In this document: positions 9,572-18,589 of the stretch, piece after piece
Layout: every line of letters begins with the position of its first letter
How positions within the stretch are numbered: the first letter of the stretch is position 1
DNA from: an uncultured Flavobacteriales bacterium
Lineage (GTDB): Bacteria; Bacteroidota; Bacteroidia; Palsa-965
NCBI GenBank assembly: GCA_903873905.1
Contig: CAIQQJ010000131.1
Span: 22,729-86,728, forward strand
DNA length: 64,000 nucleotides
Direction of reading: 5' to 3'
Position numbers and translations under genes: made by a program
Notes under the pieces: generated by a model
Database searches by the model: none
What the model saw: only the letters and a program-made list of their open reading frames with translations
Told to the model about the DNA's origin: nothing

Positions 9572-10298
9572 AATCGCATTAGTAACAGGAGCATCAAAGG
9601 GAATTGGAAAAGCCATTGTAGAAAGATTGGTGAATGAAAATTATTTTGTGCTCGCCATTGATATTGACAAGGAAAATGGAGAACGTCTGCAAAATGAAAT
9701 GGGCAATGATAAAATCCGTTTTATTTCAGTTGACATTTGCGACGAAAATAAAACAACCGAATTATTCAAAACCATTTCTTCAGAATATGGACAGCTTGAT
9801 GTTCTTGTCAATAATGCAGGAATCATAAAAGACAACATGATCTGGAAAATGCCTGTGGAAGATTTTGATGCTGTGATCAATGTAAATCTCAAAGGAACTT
9901 GGTTGATGTGCAGAGAAGCTGCGAAAATGATGAAAAATCAGAATAGCGGAAGAATTGTAAACATTGCATCACGCGCGTGGTTGGGCAATCGCGGGCAAAG
10001 TAATTATTCCGCATCCAAAGCTGGCGTAATTGGTCTTACACGTGTGCTTGCGCTTGAATTGGGGAAATATAATGTTTGCGTAAACGCAGTCGCACCAGGA
10101 TTAATTGACACGCCACTTTCGCAAAAATTGGAAAAGGATGTTTTACAAAAACTGATTGACGCACAACCAACAAGAACAATGGGAAAACCTGAGGATGTTG
10201 CCAACGCAGTCGCATTTCTCGCATCAGAAAAAACCCAATTCATTACCGGCCAAACCATTTATGTTGATGGCGGTAAAAGTATAGGTGCGGGGAATTAA
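9561..10298 (+). CDS. short-chain dehydrogenase/reductase, 3-oxoacyl-ACP reductase (FabG)-like
   Basis: 245-aa ORF. TGASKGIGKAI cofactor motif, NNAG, YSASKAG catalytic motif. Overlaps the xdhC stop by 11 nt. Confidence 0.85.
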   Translation: MKNKIALVTGASKGIGKAIVERLVNENYFVLAIDIDKENGERLQNEMGNDKIRFISVDICDENKTTELFKTISSEYGQLDVLVNNAGIIKDNMIWKMPVEDFDAVINVNLKGTWLMCREAAKMMKNQNSGRIVNIASRAWLGNRGQSNYSASKAGVIGLTRVLALELGKYNVCVNAVAPGLIDTPLSQKLEKDVLQKLIDAQPTRTMGKPEDVANAVAFLASEKTQFITGQTIYVDGGKSIGAGN

Positions 10299-12142
10299 TC
10301 TATTACAATTGGAATAGGAACCTGAATATTGCGGATCATATCCTCCAGTCGTTCCAAATCTTTTCCAAATGAGCCAAGTGCATTTTCAGAAAACAATTTC
10401 ATTTCTGGAATAATATTTTTGTAATACTCTACGCCTTTCAAGAGATTCTCCTTGAACGAATCGAAATACCTCGTTTGTTTCGCTGAAATATTTTCGATGT
10501 GCATATTGATTTCTGCCAGAAAATAATCCACATAAAGAACAAGCTCATTCACAAATAAATTTGGCCTGTTCAATTGGTTTAGAATATTCACTTTTCCATA
10601 AATATGATCCACCATTTCCTTCAGTGAAAAAACACCCGAGAAATATGCCAGATTTGGACCAGGACAAATGCTCACAGCAGTTAGGCTATGGGAGAGTGGA
10701 AGATTGTCTTTTATCAATGTAGAAGCGCCAAGACCTTCGCACAAACATTCCTTCTCTGTAATGAAGTTAAATTGTTTTTCAAATTCCTCTTCAGAAAGTT
10801 TTTGCTCTTTTAGCTGATTGATTTTTTTTGCTTGATATTCTCTTGATGCGGTGCAAATAGGATCAGTGGTGAATTCCGTATTGAACCCAAGAAACTTCTT
10901 GTAACACGGGCTTCCTGGTCTTCCTGCATCTATTCTTGCATTGCGTTGAAGAATGGAAGTGCTTCCTGCAAAATTATTGATTGGAATTCCAAGTGGCGAC
11001 GCATGACTAAGAAAATAATCCTCTTTTTTTGCTTTCACCAATTGATCGAGCGTTCCTTCATCCACATTCGTAGCTTCAGGCACGAGCAAAAATGGACTTC
11101 CCCAACCGCAACCATCTAATTCAAAATATTCGCGTAGGAAACAATCTTCAATTGCCGTTCCAATTCCACCTTGCACCGTGATTTTTGTTTTCAACGGCGA
11201 GCCAAAATTATTTTTGGATTTTTGTTTCAATGCTTCATTACACATCATCCACAATTCCTTCTCCAATTCACTTTTTCTGGATTTGAATTCATCCAAAATC
11301 GGACCAAGCAAAAGTCCTTCTGTGGCAAATGCATGCCCACCACAATTCAATCCTGATTCAATTCTATATTCTGAAATCCACAATCCTTTTTTCGCAAGAA
11401 TTTTCCCTTGAATAAAAGCAGATCTGAAATCACTTACTTTAAGAATTATTTTCTTCTTCAAGTTTCCATTTGCATCAGGCAAAAAATCATCAAATGATTC
11501 GCAATAGGCATAAAGCCTAGGATTCATTCCCGCTGAGAAAACAACAGAAGACGACAAGGTGCTTTGCGCAAATCCACGCAAGGCTGCCATTGCATCCGCA
11601 TATTCAGGTGGAAGAACTTCACCATCATCATCATAATTATTGCGGTCGCATTTTGTCATGATATTAACATCAATATCACCGGCTTTAATCTCTTTCCGCA
11701 ATTGCTGTTGCATAGCAGTTTTCTCGACCCCTTCAGTCAACAACATTTTCTCGTACAACATTTTTACACGAGAACTGCTTGGCAACATTTCAAAATATTT
11801 AACAATGTCTGTTCCTGCTTCAAATTTTTCCAATCTGAGCGCCTCAATTTGTCTCGATAAGATCCTGTCCAATAAATTCAGGTAAGAAGTAATTCGTTTA
11901 GCACGGTGATCAACATCGCTGGTTTCAATTGGGATAAAAGCATCTACTTCTTTTTCATAATAATACTTCCGCACCTTCTCCACCAAATGATCTTCAATGA
12001 TCGAAACAACAGATGAAATTCCATATTTCCCGACTTTAACCGGCGTGTCAATGGTATATCCCAAACCCATCACTGGAATATGGAACGTATGTAGTCCTGA
12101 ATTTGACATTATAGTTTCTTTTTTAGGGGAATGAAACAGCAC
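10295..12142 (-). CDS. hypothetical protein, possibly a large TIM-barrel flavin-type oxidoreductase (family not resolved)
   Basis: 615-aa uninterrupted ORF. Motifs GLNCGGHAF and QGGIGTAIED are reminiscent of FMN TIM-barrel enzymes (NPD/enoyl-reductase/glutamate-synthase-like), but no confident family match. An alternative start at MSNSGL (12109) is possible. Confidence 0.5.
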   Translation of the reverse strand: MLFHSPKKETIMSNSGLHTFHIPVMGLGYTIDTPVKVGKYGISSVVSIIEDHLVEKVRKYYYEKEVDAFIPIETSDVDHRAKRITSYLNLLDRILSRQIEALRLEKFEAGTDIVKYFEMLPSSSRVKMLYEKMLLTEGVEKTAMQQQLRKEIKAGDIDVNIMTKCDRNNYDDDGEVLPPEYADAMAALRGFAQSTLSSSVVFSAGMNPRLYAYCESFDDFLPDANGNLKKKIILKVSDFRSAFIQGKILAKKGLWISEYRIESGLNCGGHAFATEGLLLGPILDEFKSRKSELEKELWMMCNEALKQKSKNNFGSPLKTKITVQGGIGTAIEDCFLREYFELDGCGWGSPFLLVPEATNVDEGTLDQLVKAKKEDYFLSHASPLGIPINNFAGSTSILQRNARIDAGRPGSPCYKKFLGFNTEFTTDPICTASREYQAKKINQLKEQKLSEEEFEKQFNFITEKECLCEGLGASTLIKDNLPLSHSLTAVSICPGPNLAYFSGVFSLKEMVDHIYGKVNILNQLNRPNLFVNELVLYVDYFLAEINMHIENISAKQTRYFDSFKENLLKGVEYYKNIIPEMKLFSENALGSFGKDLERLEDMIRNIQVPIPIVID

Positions 12143-12294
12143 AAAATACCATCCACTCCAATGTCAGCTAAGGTCGTTATATATGTTAGCGAGAGATATG
12201 ATATAAATCATGTTTGCTGCTCCTAAATATTGTGAAATTTGAGAAAAAGATACCTCTAAAATTTGAATTTTTGAAGCGGTTCGAAAAAAAATAA

Positions 12295-13539
12295 GTGAAA
12301 GAAAAAACCAAAGTAGAATTACTTGCCCCATGTGGATCATTTGAATCGCTTTCAGCAGCTGTGAAAGTCGGGGCGAATGCTGTTTATTTTGGAATTGAAC
12401 AGTTGAATATGCGCACCCGTTCATCGAACAATTTTGAGATGAAAGATCTTGCAGCGATCAGTAAAATTTGCAAAGAACATCAGGTAAAATCATATCTCAC
12501 ACTCAACACCATTCTCTACAATCACGACATCAATCTGATGAAAAGAATTGTGGATGAAGCAAAGGCAAATAATATTGATGCGATCATCGCTTCAGATCAT
12601 GCGGTTTTCAACTATGCGAAGAAAGTTGGAATTCCATTGCACATTTCCACTCAGGCAAACATTACGAATATCGATACGGTTGAATTTTATTCTACGTATG
12701 CAGATGTAATGGTCATGTCGCGTGAACTGACACTTGATCAGGTTTCGGAAATCACAGAAGAAATAAAAAAGAGAAATGTTCGCGGGCCTTCTGGAGAATT
12801 GGTTCGTGTTGAAATTTTTGCACATGGAGCTTTGTGCATGGCCGTTTCCGGAAAATGCTACATGAGTTTGCATTCCGATTTTGCTTCTGCCAATCGTGGT
12901 GCTTGTGTTCAAAATTGCAGAAGAAGTTATATCGTTACCGACAAAGAATCGGGAACTGAATTTGAAATTCAGAACGAATATATCATGTCAGCGAAAGATC
13001 TTTGTACGATCAGTTTCATTGACAAAATTGTCAATGCAGGAGTTTCTGTTTTGAAAATTGAAGGACGAGCACGTGGTGAAGAATATGTTCACACCGTTAC
13101 CAAATGTTATCACGAAGCAATTGATTCGCTTTCTGATGGAACTTATTCTCCAGCAAAAATTGAAGGTTGGACAAAAGAACTTTCCACTGTATTTAATCGC
13201 GGATTCTGGGATGGTTATTACCTCGGAAGAAAAATGGGAGAATGGAATGATGAATATGGTTCCAAGGCAACAAAAAAGAAAATCTATATTGGAAAAGGCA
13301 TAAAATATTTTGAGAAAATTGGAATTGGTGAATTCAAAATTGAAAGTCAATCCTTGGAAGTTGGCGATGAAATAATGATTTCAGGACCTACAACAGGAAT
13401 CATTCAGACAGCCATAACAGAAATGAGAATCAATGATGTGAAAAGTGAAATTGCAAAACGTGGTGAAACCATTTCCATTCCTATCAACGTTAAAATTCGT
13501 GCTTCCGATAAATTATACAAGATGAAAAGTACAGTATGA
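12295..13539 (+). CDS. peptidase U32-family protein (PrtC/RlhA/TrhP/UbiU-like; probably an Fe-S, O2-independent hydroxylase-type enzyme)
   Basis: 414-aa ORF. U32 N-terminal TIM-barrel region (ELLAPCGSFESLSAAVKVGANAVYFG) and conserved Cys (CMAVSGKCYMS...CVQNCRRSY). Confidence 0.8.
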   Translation: MKEKTKVELLAPCGSFESLSAAVKVGANAVYFGIEQLNMRTRSSNNFEMKDLAAISKICKEHQVKSYLTLNTILYNHDINLMKRIVDEAKANNIDAIIASDHAVFNYAKKVGIPLHISTQANITNIDTVEFYSTYADVMVMSRELTLDQVSEITEEIKKRNVRGPSGELVRVEIFAHGALCMAVSGKCYMSLHSDFASANRGACVQNCRRSYIVTDKESGTEFEIQNEYIMSAKDLCTISFIDKIVNAGVSVLKIEGRARGEEYVHTVTKCYHEAIDSLSDGTYSPAKIEGWTKELSTVFNRGFWDGYYLGRKMGEWNDEYGSKATKKKIYIGKGIKYFEKIGIGEFKIESQSLEVGDEIMISGPTTGIIQTAITEMRINDVKSEIAKRGETISIPINVKIRASDKLYKMKSTV

Positions 13540-13766
13540 TTCGGATTTTTCATCAGCGCAAAAAATGCATTGGTTGTAATGCATGTGTGGAAGTAAATAA
13601 ATCAAGATGGAGAATATCACGTTTGGATGGGAAATCAACTTTGATTGAAGGAATAGAAAAAAAAGGAATTTACATGGCAACTGTTTTTGATGATGAATGG
13701 GAAGCCAATGAACTCGCAGCGAAAAATTGTCCAGTAAAAATCATCCGATTGGAAAAAATAGTATGA
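13536..13766 (+). CDS. small ferredoxin (single-cluster Fe-S protein)
   Basis: 76-aa ORF. CIGCNACVE ... NCP motif (CxxCxxC...CP). Start overlaps the U32 stop (ATGA). Stop overlaps the likely start of the downstream Mo enzyme. Confidence 0.6.
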   Translation: MIRIFHQRKKCIGCNACVEVNKSRWRISRLDGKSTLIEGIEKKGIYMATVFDDEWEANELAAKNCPVKIIRLEKIV

Positions 13767-16561
13767 AACAAATCAACATTAAAATCAACGGAAAAAATTT
13801 CGACCTTCTCGTTGAGGAACACGAAATGCTTTCAAATGTCATTCGTGAAAAGGTTGGCCTTACAGGTACAAAAGTCGGTTGTGAGCAAGGAAGTTGTGGA
13901 GCTTGTACTGTTCTCGTTAACAAGGAACCTGTGCTCAGTTGCATCACTCCTGCTTTGCGTTATGATGGTGCTGAAATTACAACTATCGAAGGCGTTTCCA
14001 AAAATGGAGAACTGCATCGCTTGCAGGAAAAATTTGTGGAGAAAGGTGCGATTCAGTGTGGATTTTGTACTCCAGGAATGATCATCACTTCATTGGATTT
14101 TTTAAGCAAGAATCCGAATCCTACAAAACATGAAATAAAGGAAGCGTTATCAGGAAATGTTTGTCGTTGCACTGGATATAAAAAGATTGTGGAAGCGGTT
14201 GCTGAATACGCCGAAGAAAAGAATTCAGGCAAAATCATCAAAAGAAAAAAAGAAAAAGAAACAGGAACTGTTGGAGTTGGCCGACCATACATTGAGGCAA
14301 CAAAAAAAGTTCAGGGAATTGCTGATTATGCAGACGACTATCAATTCAAAGATGTTTTGCATGTAAAATTTGTAAAAAGTATTTATCCACATGCTCGCAT
14401 TGTAAGTATTGACACTTCTGAAGCTTTGGCAATGGAAGGCGTTCGATATATTGCCACAGGAAAAGAATTGCCAATCACTTTTGGAGTATTGCCTCTTTCA
14501 CAAGATGAAACGGCAATGGCCATTGAAAAAACAAGATATGCTGGAGAAATTGTTGCGGCTGTTGCAGCAGATTCAGAAGAAATTGCAGCACATGCATGCA
14601 AACACATCAAGGTTGTTTACGAACCGCTTAAAGCATTCCTTACCATTGACGATTCCTTGAATGACATTGGTACAGCAGAAAAAATTCACGACACAACAAA
14701 ATTCAATAACAACATTCACAAGAAAGCGGAATTACGCTTTGGTGATCAGCAACAAGGATTGAAAGAAGCTGAAGTTGCATTAAAAATGGATTTTGAAATG
14801 ATTGGCATCAATCATGGTTTTACAGAGCCGCACGCGTCCACAGCATTTTGGGATGAGAATGGTTTGACCATGATTTCTGCAACACAAGTAACACACTACC
14901 TCCATCGCGCACTTGCAAAAACAATGGAAGTTCCATTGAGCAGAGTACGCGTAATCAAACCTGTTCTCGGTGGTGGTTTCGGTGGAAAAAGCGATCCTTT
15001 CGCGCATGAAATTATTGTCGCGCACATTGCAAGAAAAACTGGAAAACCAGTGAAAGTTCGATTGACGCGGGAAGAAGTATTCTTGAACAACCATGGTCGT
15101 CACCCAACAAAAATGACTATCCAATTAGGCGCAAGTAAAGATGGATTTTTGAAAGTGCTTGATGCCGATGTTGCAATTGATGGTGGTGCATACGGAAGTT
15201 TTGGAGTGGTTACATCCTATTACAATGGCGTATTGCTTCAAGCTCCCTACAAGCTGAATAATTTCGGTTTTAAAACCTATCGTGTTTATACCAACAAACC
15301 ACAATGTGGTGCCATGCGCGGACATGGTGCAGTGAATACAAGATTTGCAGTTGAATCGATGATCGATGAAATTGCACATCAAATAAAAATTGATCCTGTC
15401 GAGATGCGAATGAAAAATTTTCTCGATCCGAATTCATTGACAGTTGGTCATTACCGCATCACTTCGAATGGAAGCAGAGAAGCAATTCAAAGAGTGGCAG
15501 AACAATCCGATTGGAAAAACAAACATGGTAAAATGCCGCAAGGTCATGGCTATGGAGTTGCTTGCGGATTTTTCATTAGTGGAAGTGCATTGCCGATCGT
15601 ATGGAATGAATTGCCGCAATCAGTAGTGCATTTGAAAGTTGATTTTGATGGAAGAGTTTTAATTGCTTCTGGCGCGAATGATATTGGACAAGGCAGCGAT
15701 ACCATGCTTGCCATTATTGTTGCAGAGGTACTTGGAATTAGCATGGACAAAACATTTGTAATCGCTGCAGATACATTGATCACACCTGTTGATTTGGGAA
15801 GCTATTCCAGTCGCGTAACATTTATGGCTGGTAATGCAGCAAAAGATGCAGCTGAAAATCTCAAAAAAGAAATTGCAAACTCCATTTCTGTAAAGAAAAA
15901 TATTCCTGTAGAAGAATTGATTTTTTCTGAGAATAGAATTTTCAGCAATGATAAATCGGTCGATCTAAGTTGGGATCAAGCCATTGAAATTTTGACAGCA
16001 AATCGTGGTGCAGTGAATGTGAGTGGAAAATATATTTCTCCAAAATTGGGTGGTGATTTCAAAGGAGCTGGAGCAGGATTAAGTCCATCTTATTCTTTCA
16101 GTTCTTGTGTCGCAGAAGTGAAAGTGGATACAGAAACAGGACATGTGAAAATCATCAATGTTTGGGGTGCTCACGATTGTGGAAAAGCACTAAATCCATT
16201 GGCAGTTGAAGGACAATTGGAAGGCTCTTGGCACATGGGAATCGGGCAAGTGATGACGGAAGAAATGTCATATTACAATGGATTATTGATCAACAATAAT
16301 TTCTTGGATTATAAAATTCCGACAAGTTTGGATACTCCTCCCATTCACACCAACATCATCGAGACGATTGATCCGGAAGGTCCTTTTGGTGCGAAAGAAA
16401 CAGGAGAAGGTGCCATTCATGCAGTATTGCCAGCCATCGCAAATGCAGTCTATGATGCAGTTGGAATTCGAATCACAAAACTTCCAATCAAATCAGAGGA
16501 TGTTTTGAGATTATTGAAAGAAAAAGAAAAAATAAATTCCACTTCAAAAGCTAGTTTATAA
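13763..16561 (+). CDS. xanthine dehydrogenase-family molybdoenzyme with fused N-terminal 2x[2Fe-2S] domain (aldehyde oxidoreductase MOP-like; probably a molybdopterin cytosine dinucleotide (MCD) enzyme)
   Basis: About 930-aa ORF. The ORF track start is 13727; the likely start is MKQINIKINGKNF at 13763. 2Fe-2S motifs CEQGSCGACTV, QCGFCTPGM, CRCTGY. Long aldehyde-oxidase/XDH a/b hammerhead and Mo-binding domains (GGGFGGK, etc.). Architecture as in D. gigas MOP. Confidence 0.85.
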   Translation: MKQINIKINGKNFDLLVEEHEMLSNVIREKVGLTGTKVGCEQGSCGACTVLVNKEPVLSCITPALRYDGAEITTIEGVSKNGELHRLQEKFVEKGAIQCGFCTPGMIITSLDFLSKNPNPTKHEIKEALSGNVCRCTGYKKIVEAVAEYAEEKNSGKIIKRKKEKETGTVGVGRPYIEATKKVQGIADYADDYQFKDVLHVKFVKSIYPHARIVSIDTSEALAMEGVRYIATGKELPITFGVLPLSQDETAMAIEKTRYAGEIVAAVAADSEEIAAHACKHIKVVYEPLKAFLTIDDSLNDIGTAEKIHDTTKFNNNIHKKAELRFGDQQQGLKEAEVALKMDFEMIGINHGFTEPHASTAFWDENGLTMISATQVTHYLHRALAKTMEVPLSRVRVIKPVLGGGFGGKSDPFAHEIIVAHIARKTGKPVKVRLTREEVFLNNHGRHPTKMTIQLGASKDGFLKVLDADVAIDGGAYGSFGVVTSYYNGVLLQAPYKLNNFGFKTYRVYTNKPQCGAMRGHGAVNTRFAVESMIDEIAHQIKIDPVEMRMKNFLDPNSLTVGHYRITSNGSREAIQRVAEQSDWKNKHGKMPQGHGYGVACGFFISGSALPIVWNELPQSVVHLKVDFDGRVLIASGANDIGQGSDTMLAIIVAEVLGISMDKTFVIAADTLITPVDLGSYSSRVTFMAGNAAKDAAENLKKEIANSISVKKNIPVEELIFSENRIFSNDKSVDLSWDQAIEILTANRGAVNVSGKYISPKLGGDFKGAGAGLSPSYSFSSCVAEVKVDTETGHVKIINVWGAHDCGKALNPLAVEGQLEGSWHMGIGQVMTEEMSYYNGLLINNNFLDYKIPTSLDTPPIHTNIIETIDPEGPFGAKETGEGAIHAVLPAIANAVYDAVGIRITKLPIKSEDVLRLLKEKEKINSTSKASL

Positions 16562-17496
16562 TGGTTTCCGAAAAAATTTATGTAAAACCAAAATCTGTTG
16601 AGCAAGCTATAAAAATAGCGAGTCAATACCTTGGTTCATTTCGATACCTCGCAGGTGGAACCGATGTGATCGTGAATAAATATCAGGGAAATGAAGAAGC
16701 GAATTGTTTGATCGATATCACGGAGATCGAAGAATTGAAAAAAGTTTCCATCGATGGTGATTATTTGAAAATTGGATCATTGATAAAATTAGACGATCTG
16801 AAAAAACACGAATCCATTGTCAAATACATTCCCACATTAATTCAAGCGGCTCACGAAGTGGCTTCACCCATATTACGCAAAACGGCTACTATCGGTGGAA
16901 ATATTTTGTGTGAAAACAGATGTTCCTTTTACAATCAAAGTGAATGGTGGAGAGAAGCTGTAGGATATTGTTTGAAATGTGATGGGGAAATCTGCATTGC
17001 AACTGGCGGTAAGAAAAATTGTTTTTCAAAATTTGTTTCCGACACAGCACCTGTGCTCATCGCTTTGAATGCAAGGCTCGAAATTATCGATACCAATGGG
17101 GAATCTACCATTGCGCTTGAAGATATTTATTCAGGCGACGGGATGAATCCAAGAAAGCTAAGTGCAACAGCGTTGATCCGAAATATTCAGATTCCCATTG
17201 GTGAAAAACAGATTTGCATTTTCAAAAAACTCCGTCCACGTGAAGCGGTTGATTTTACATCGCTCACGACAGCTGTTTCACAAAGTGAAATTGGAAGAGT
17301 AAGAATTGTTCTCGGCGGAGTGGATCCTAAACCAATTGTTGTAGAGGGAAAAACAACAGATGATAAAAATGCATTGATCACTTCTGCTGTAAAAAAAGCT
17401 AGAATTGTCGACAATGATGTTTATTCACGTCAATACAGAAAAGAAATGATTTCGGTTTACCTACAAAGAAGTTTCGATGAATTGAAATGGGAATAG
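16561..17496 (+). CDS. FAD-binding subunit of a xanthine dehydrogenase-family enzyme (CoxM/HcrB-like) with a Cys-rich insertion
   Basis: 311-aa ORF. YLAGGTDV and TIGGN FAD-domain motifs. Start overlaps the Mo-subunit stop (ATGG/TAATGG). Six-Cys insert at residues 117-154. Confidence 0.8.
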   Translation: MVSEKIYVKPKSVEQAIKIASQYLGSFRYLAGGTDVIVNKYQGNEEANCLIDITEIEELKKVSIDGDYLKIGSLIKLDDLKKHESIVKYIPTLIQAAHEVASPILRKTATIGGNILCENRCSFYNQSEWWREAVGYCLKCDGEICIATGGKKNCFSKFVSDTAPVLIALNARLEIIDTNGESTIALEDIYSGDGMNPRKLSATALIRNIQIPIGEKQICIFKKLRPREAVDFTSLTTAVSQSEIGRVRIVLGGVDPKPIVVEGKTTDDKNALITSAVKKARIVDNDVYSRQYRKEMISVYLQRSFDELKWE

Positions 17497-17600
17497 TGGT
17501 ATTCCAAATCATAAGACAAGATTGCCTTTGACACAGGTTGCTATTTAACACAACTATATAAATTAATAATAACCATTATATTTTTCTCACACCAATTATC

Positions 17601-18134
17601 ATGAATGACTCAATCAAACTTTTGACCGATGAACATGTTGTAATTTCTACAGCTTGTGAAATTTCAGACCGAATTGCCAAGCTAATTGGGAAAAAGGACA
17701 GTGAATATGAAGATGTTGCTCGCCAATTACTTTCCTTTTTCAGGGAATATGGAGATGCCTACCACCATTTTAAGGAGGAGAAAATATTGTTCCCCGAAAT
17801 GAACAAGAAAAACGAAATGATTGCTGACGGAATCATCAAGGAAATGTTGGAAAATCATGAGGATTTTCGGGAGTTGCTAAGAGGAGTTGAAGATTTCCTG
17901 AATAAAAAAGATTATTTAAGAGCACAACAGCAATTCCACATTTACAAGGAAGTCCTCTTGGATCACATTGCAGTTGAAAATGATGAAGTGTTTCACGTTG
18001 CAGATGCACTCTTTTCTCCAACTGAAAATGAAAATATAAATTTCAGATTTGCCGATTGTGACAATGAACTCGGATTGGAAAAGAAAAAAAATCTTGCTTT
18101 ATTAATTCAAAATTTGGACAATTCGGTGAAATAG
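17601..18134 (+). CDS. hemerythrin-like (HHE cation-binding) domain protein
   Basis: 177-aa ORF. H/E residues spaced as hemerythrin motifs (LTDEHVVI, HHFKEEKILFPEM, HIAVENDEVF). Confidence 0.65.
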   Translation: MNDSIKLLTDEHVVISTACEISDRIAKLIGKKDSEYEDVARQLLSFFREYGDAYHHFKEEKILFPEMNKKNEMIADGIIKEMLENHEDFRELLRGVEDFLNKKDYLRAQQQFHIYKEVLLDHIAVENDEVFHVADALFSPTENENINFRFADCDNELGLEKKKNLALLIQNLDNSVK

Positions 18135-18157
18135 ACTTTTGGGGATATTTTGAAAAT

Positions 18158-18589
18158 ATGGAATCGGCAATTTCTTCGTTTATTAATTCACAAACCAATC
18201 TCACGTATTGCACGTGCATTGGAGATGTTCCACATTGTGCAAATTGTTTTTTTGCTTGGAATGAAGAATTGAATGCACTTATTTTTAAGTCTGACAACAC
18301 CACAAGACACATTCAAGAAGCACTGAAAAACAACCATGTCGCAGGAACCATTCTTCCTGATAAATTGGAAAAAGGAAAAATAAAGGGAATTCAATTTTCG
18401 GGAACCTTCCTAATTCCTACAGCTGAAAACCTAAACATCGCTAAAGAAAGTTATTACAATAAATACCCCTTTGCAAGAGTAATCCCAGGAGAAATCTGGG
18501 CAATTCTCCTCGAAGAAATAAAAATGACAGACAACACACTTGGGTTTGGGAAAAAACTTTTGTGGGAACGAAAAAAAGAAAAATTATGA
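18158..18589 (+). CDS. hypothetical protein, possibly of the pyridoxamine 5'-phosphate oxidase-like FMN-binding family
   Basis: 143-aa ORF. Weak resemblance to the PNPOx split-barrel fold. Stop overlaps the start of the downstream lyase (ATGA). Confidence 0.35.
   Translation: MESAISSFINSQTNLTYCTCIGDVPHCANCFFAWNEELNALIFKSDNTTRHIQEALKNNHVAGTILPDKLEKGKIKGIQFSGTFLIPTAENLNIAKESYYNKYPFARVIPGEIWAILLEEIKMTDNTLGFGKKLLWERKKEKL

Noticed and set aside
13727-16561. Calling the Mo enzyme specifically 4-hydroxybenzoyl-CoA reductase (hcrCAB).
   Set aside because: HcrA (Mo) and HcrC (2Fe-2S) are separate polypeptides in Thauera, whereas here they are fused as in MOP. Substrate-specific residues cannot be verified by eye. 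Only the HcrB-like Cys insertion is flagged.
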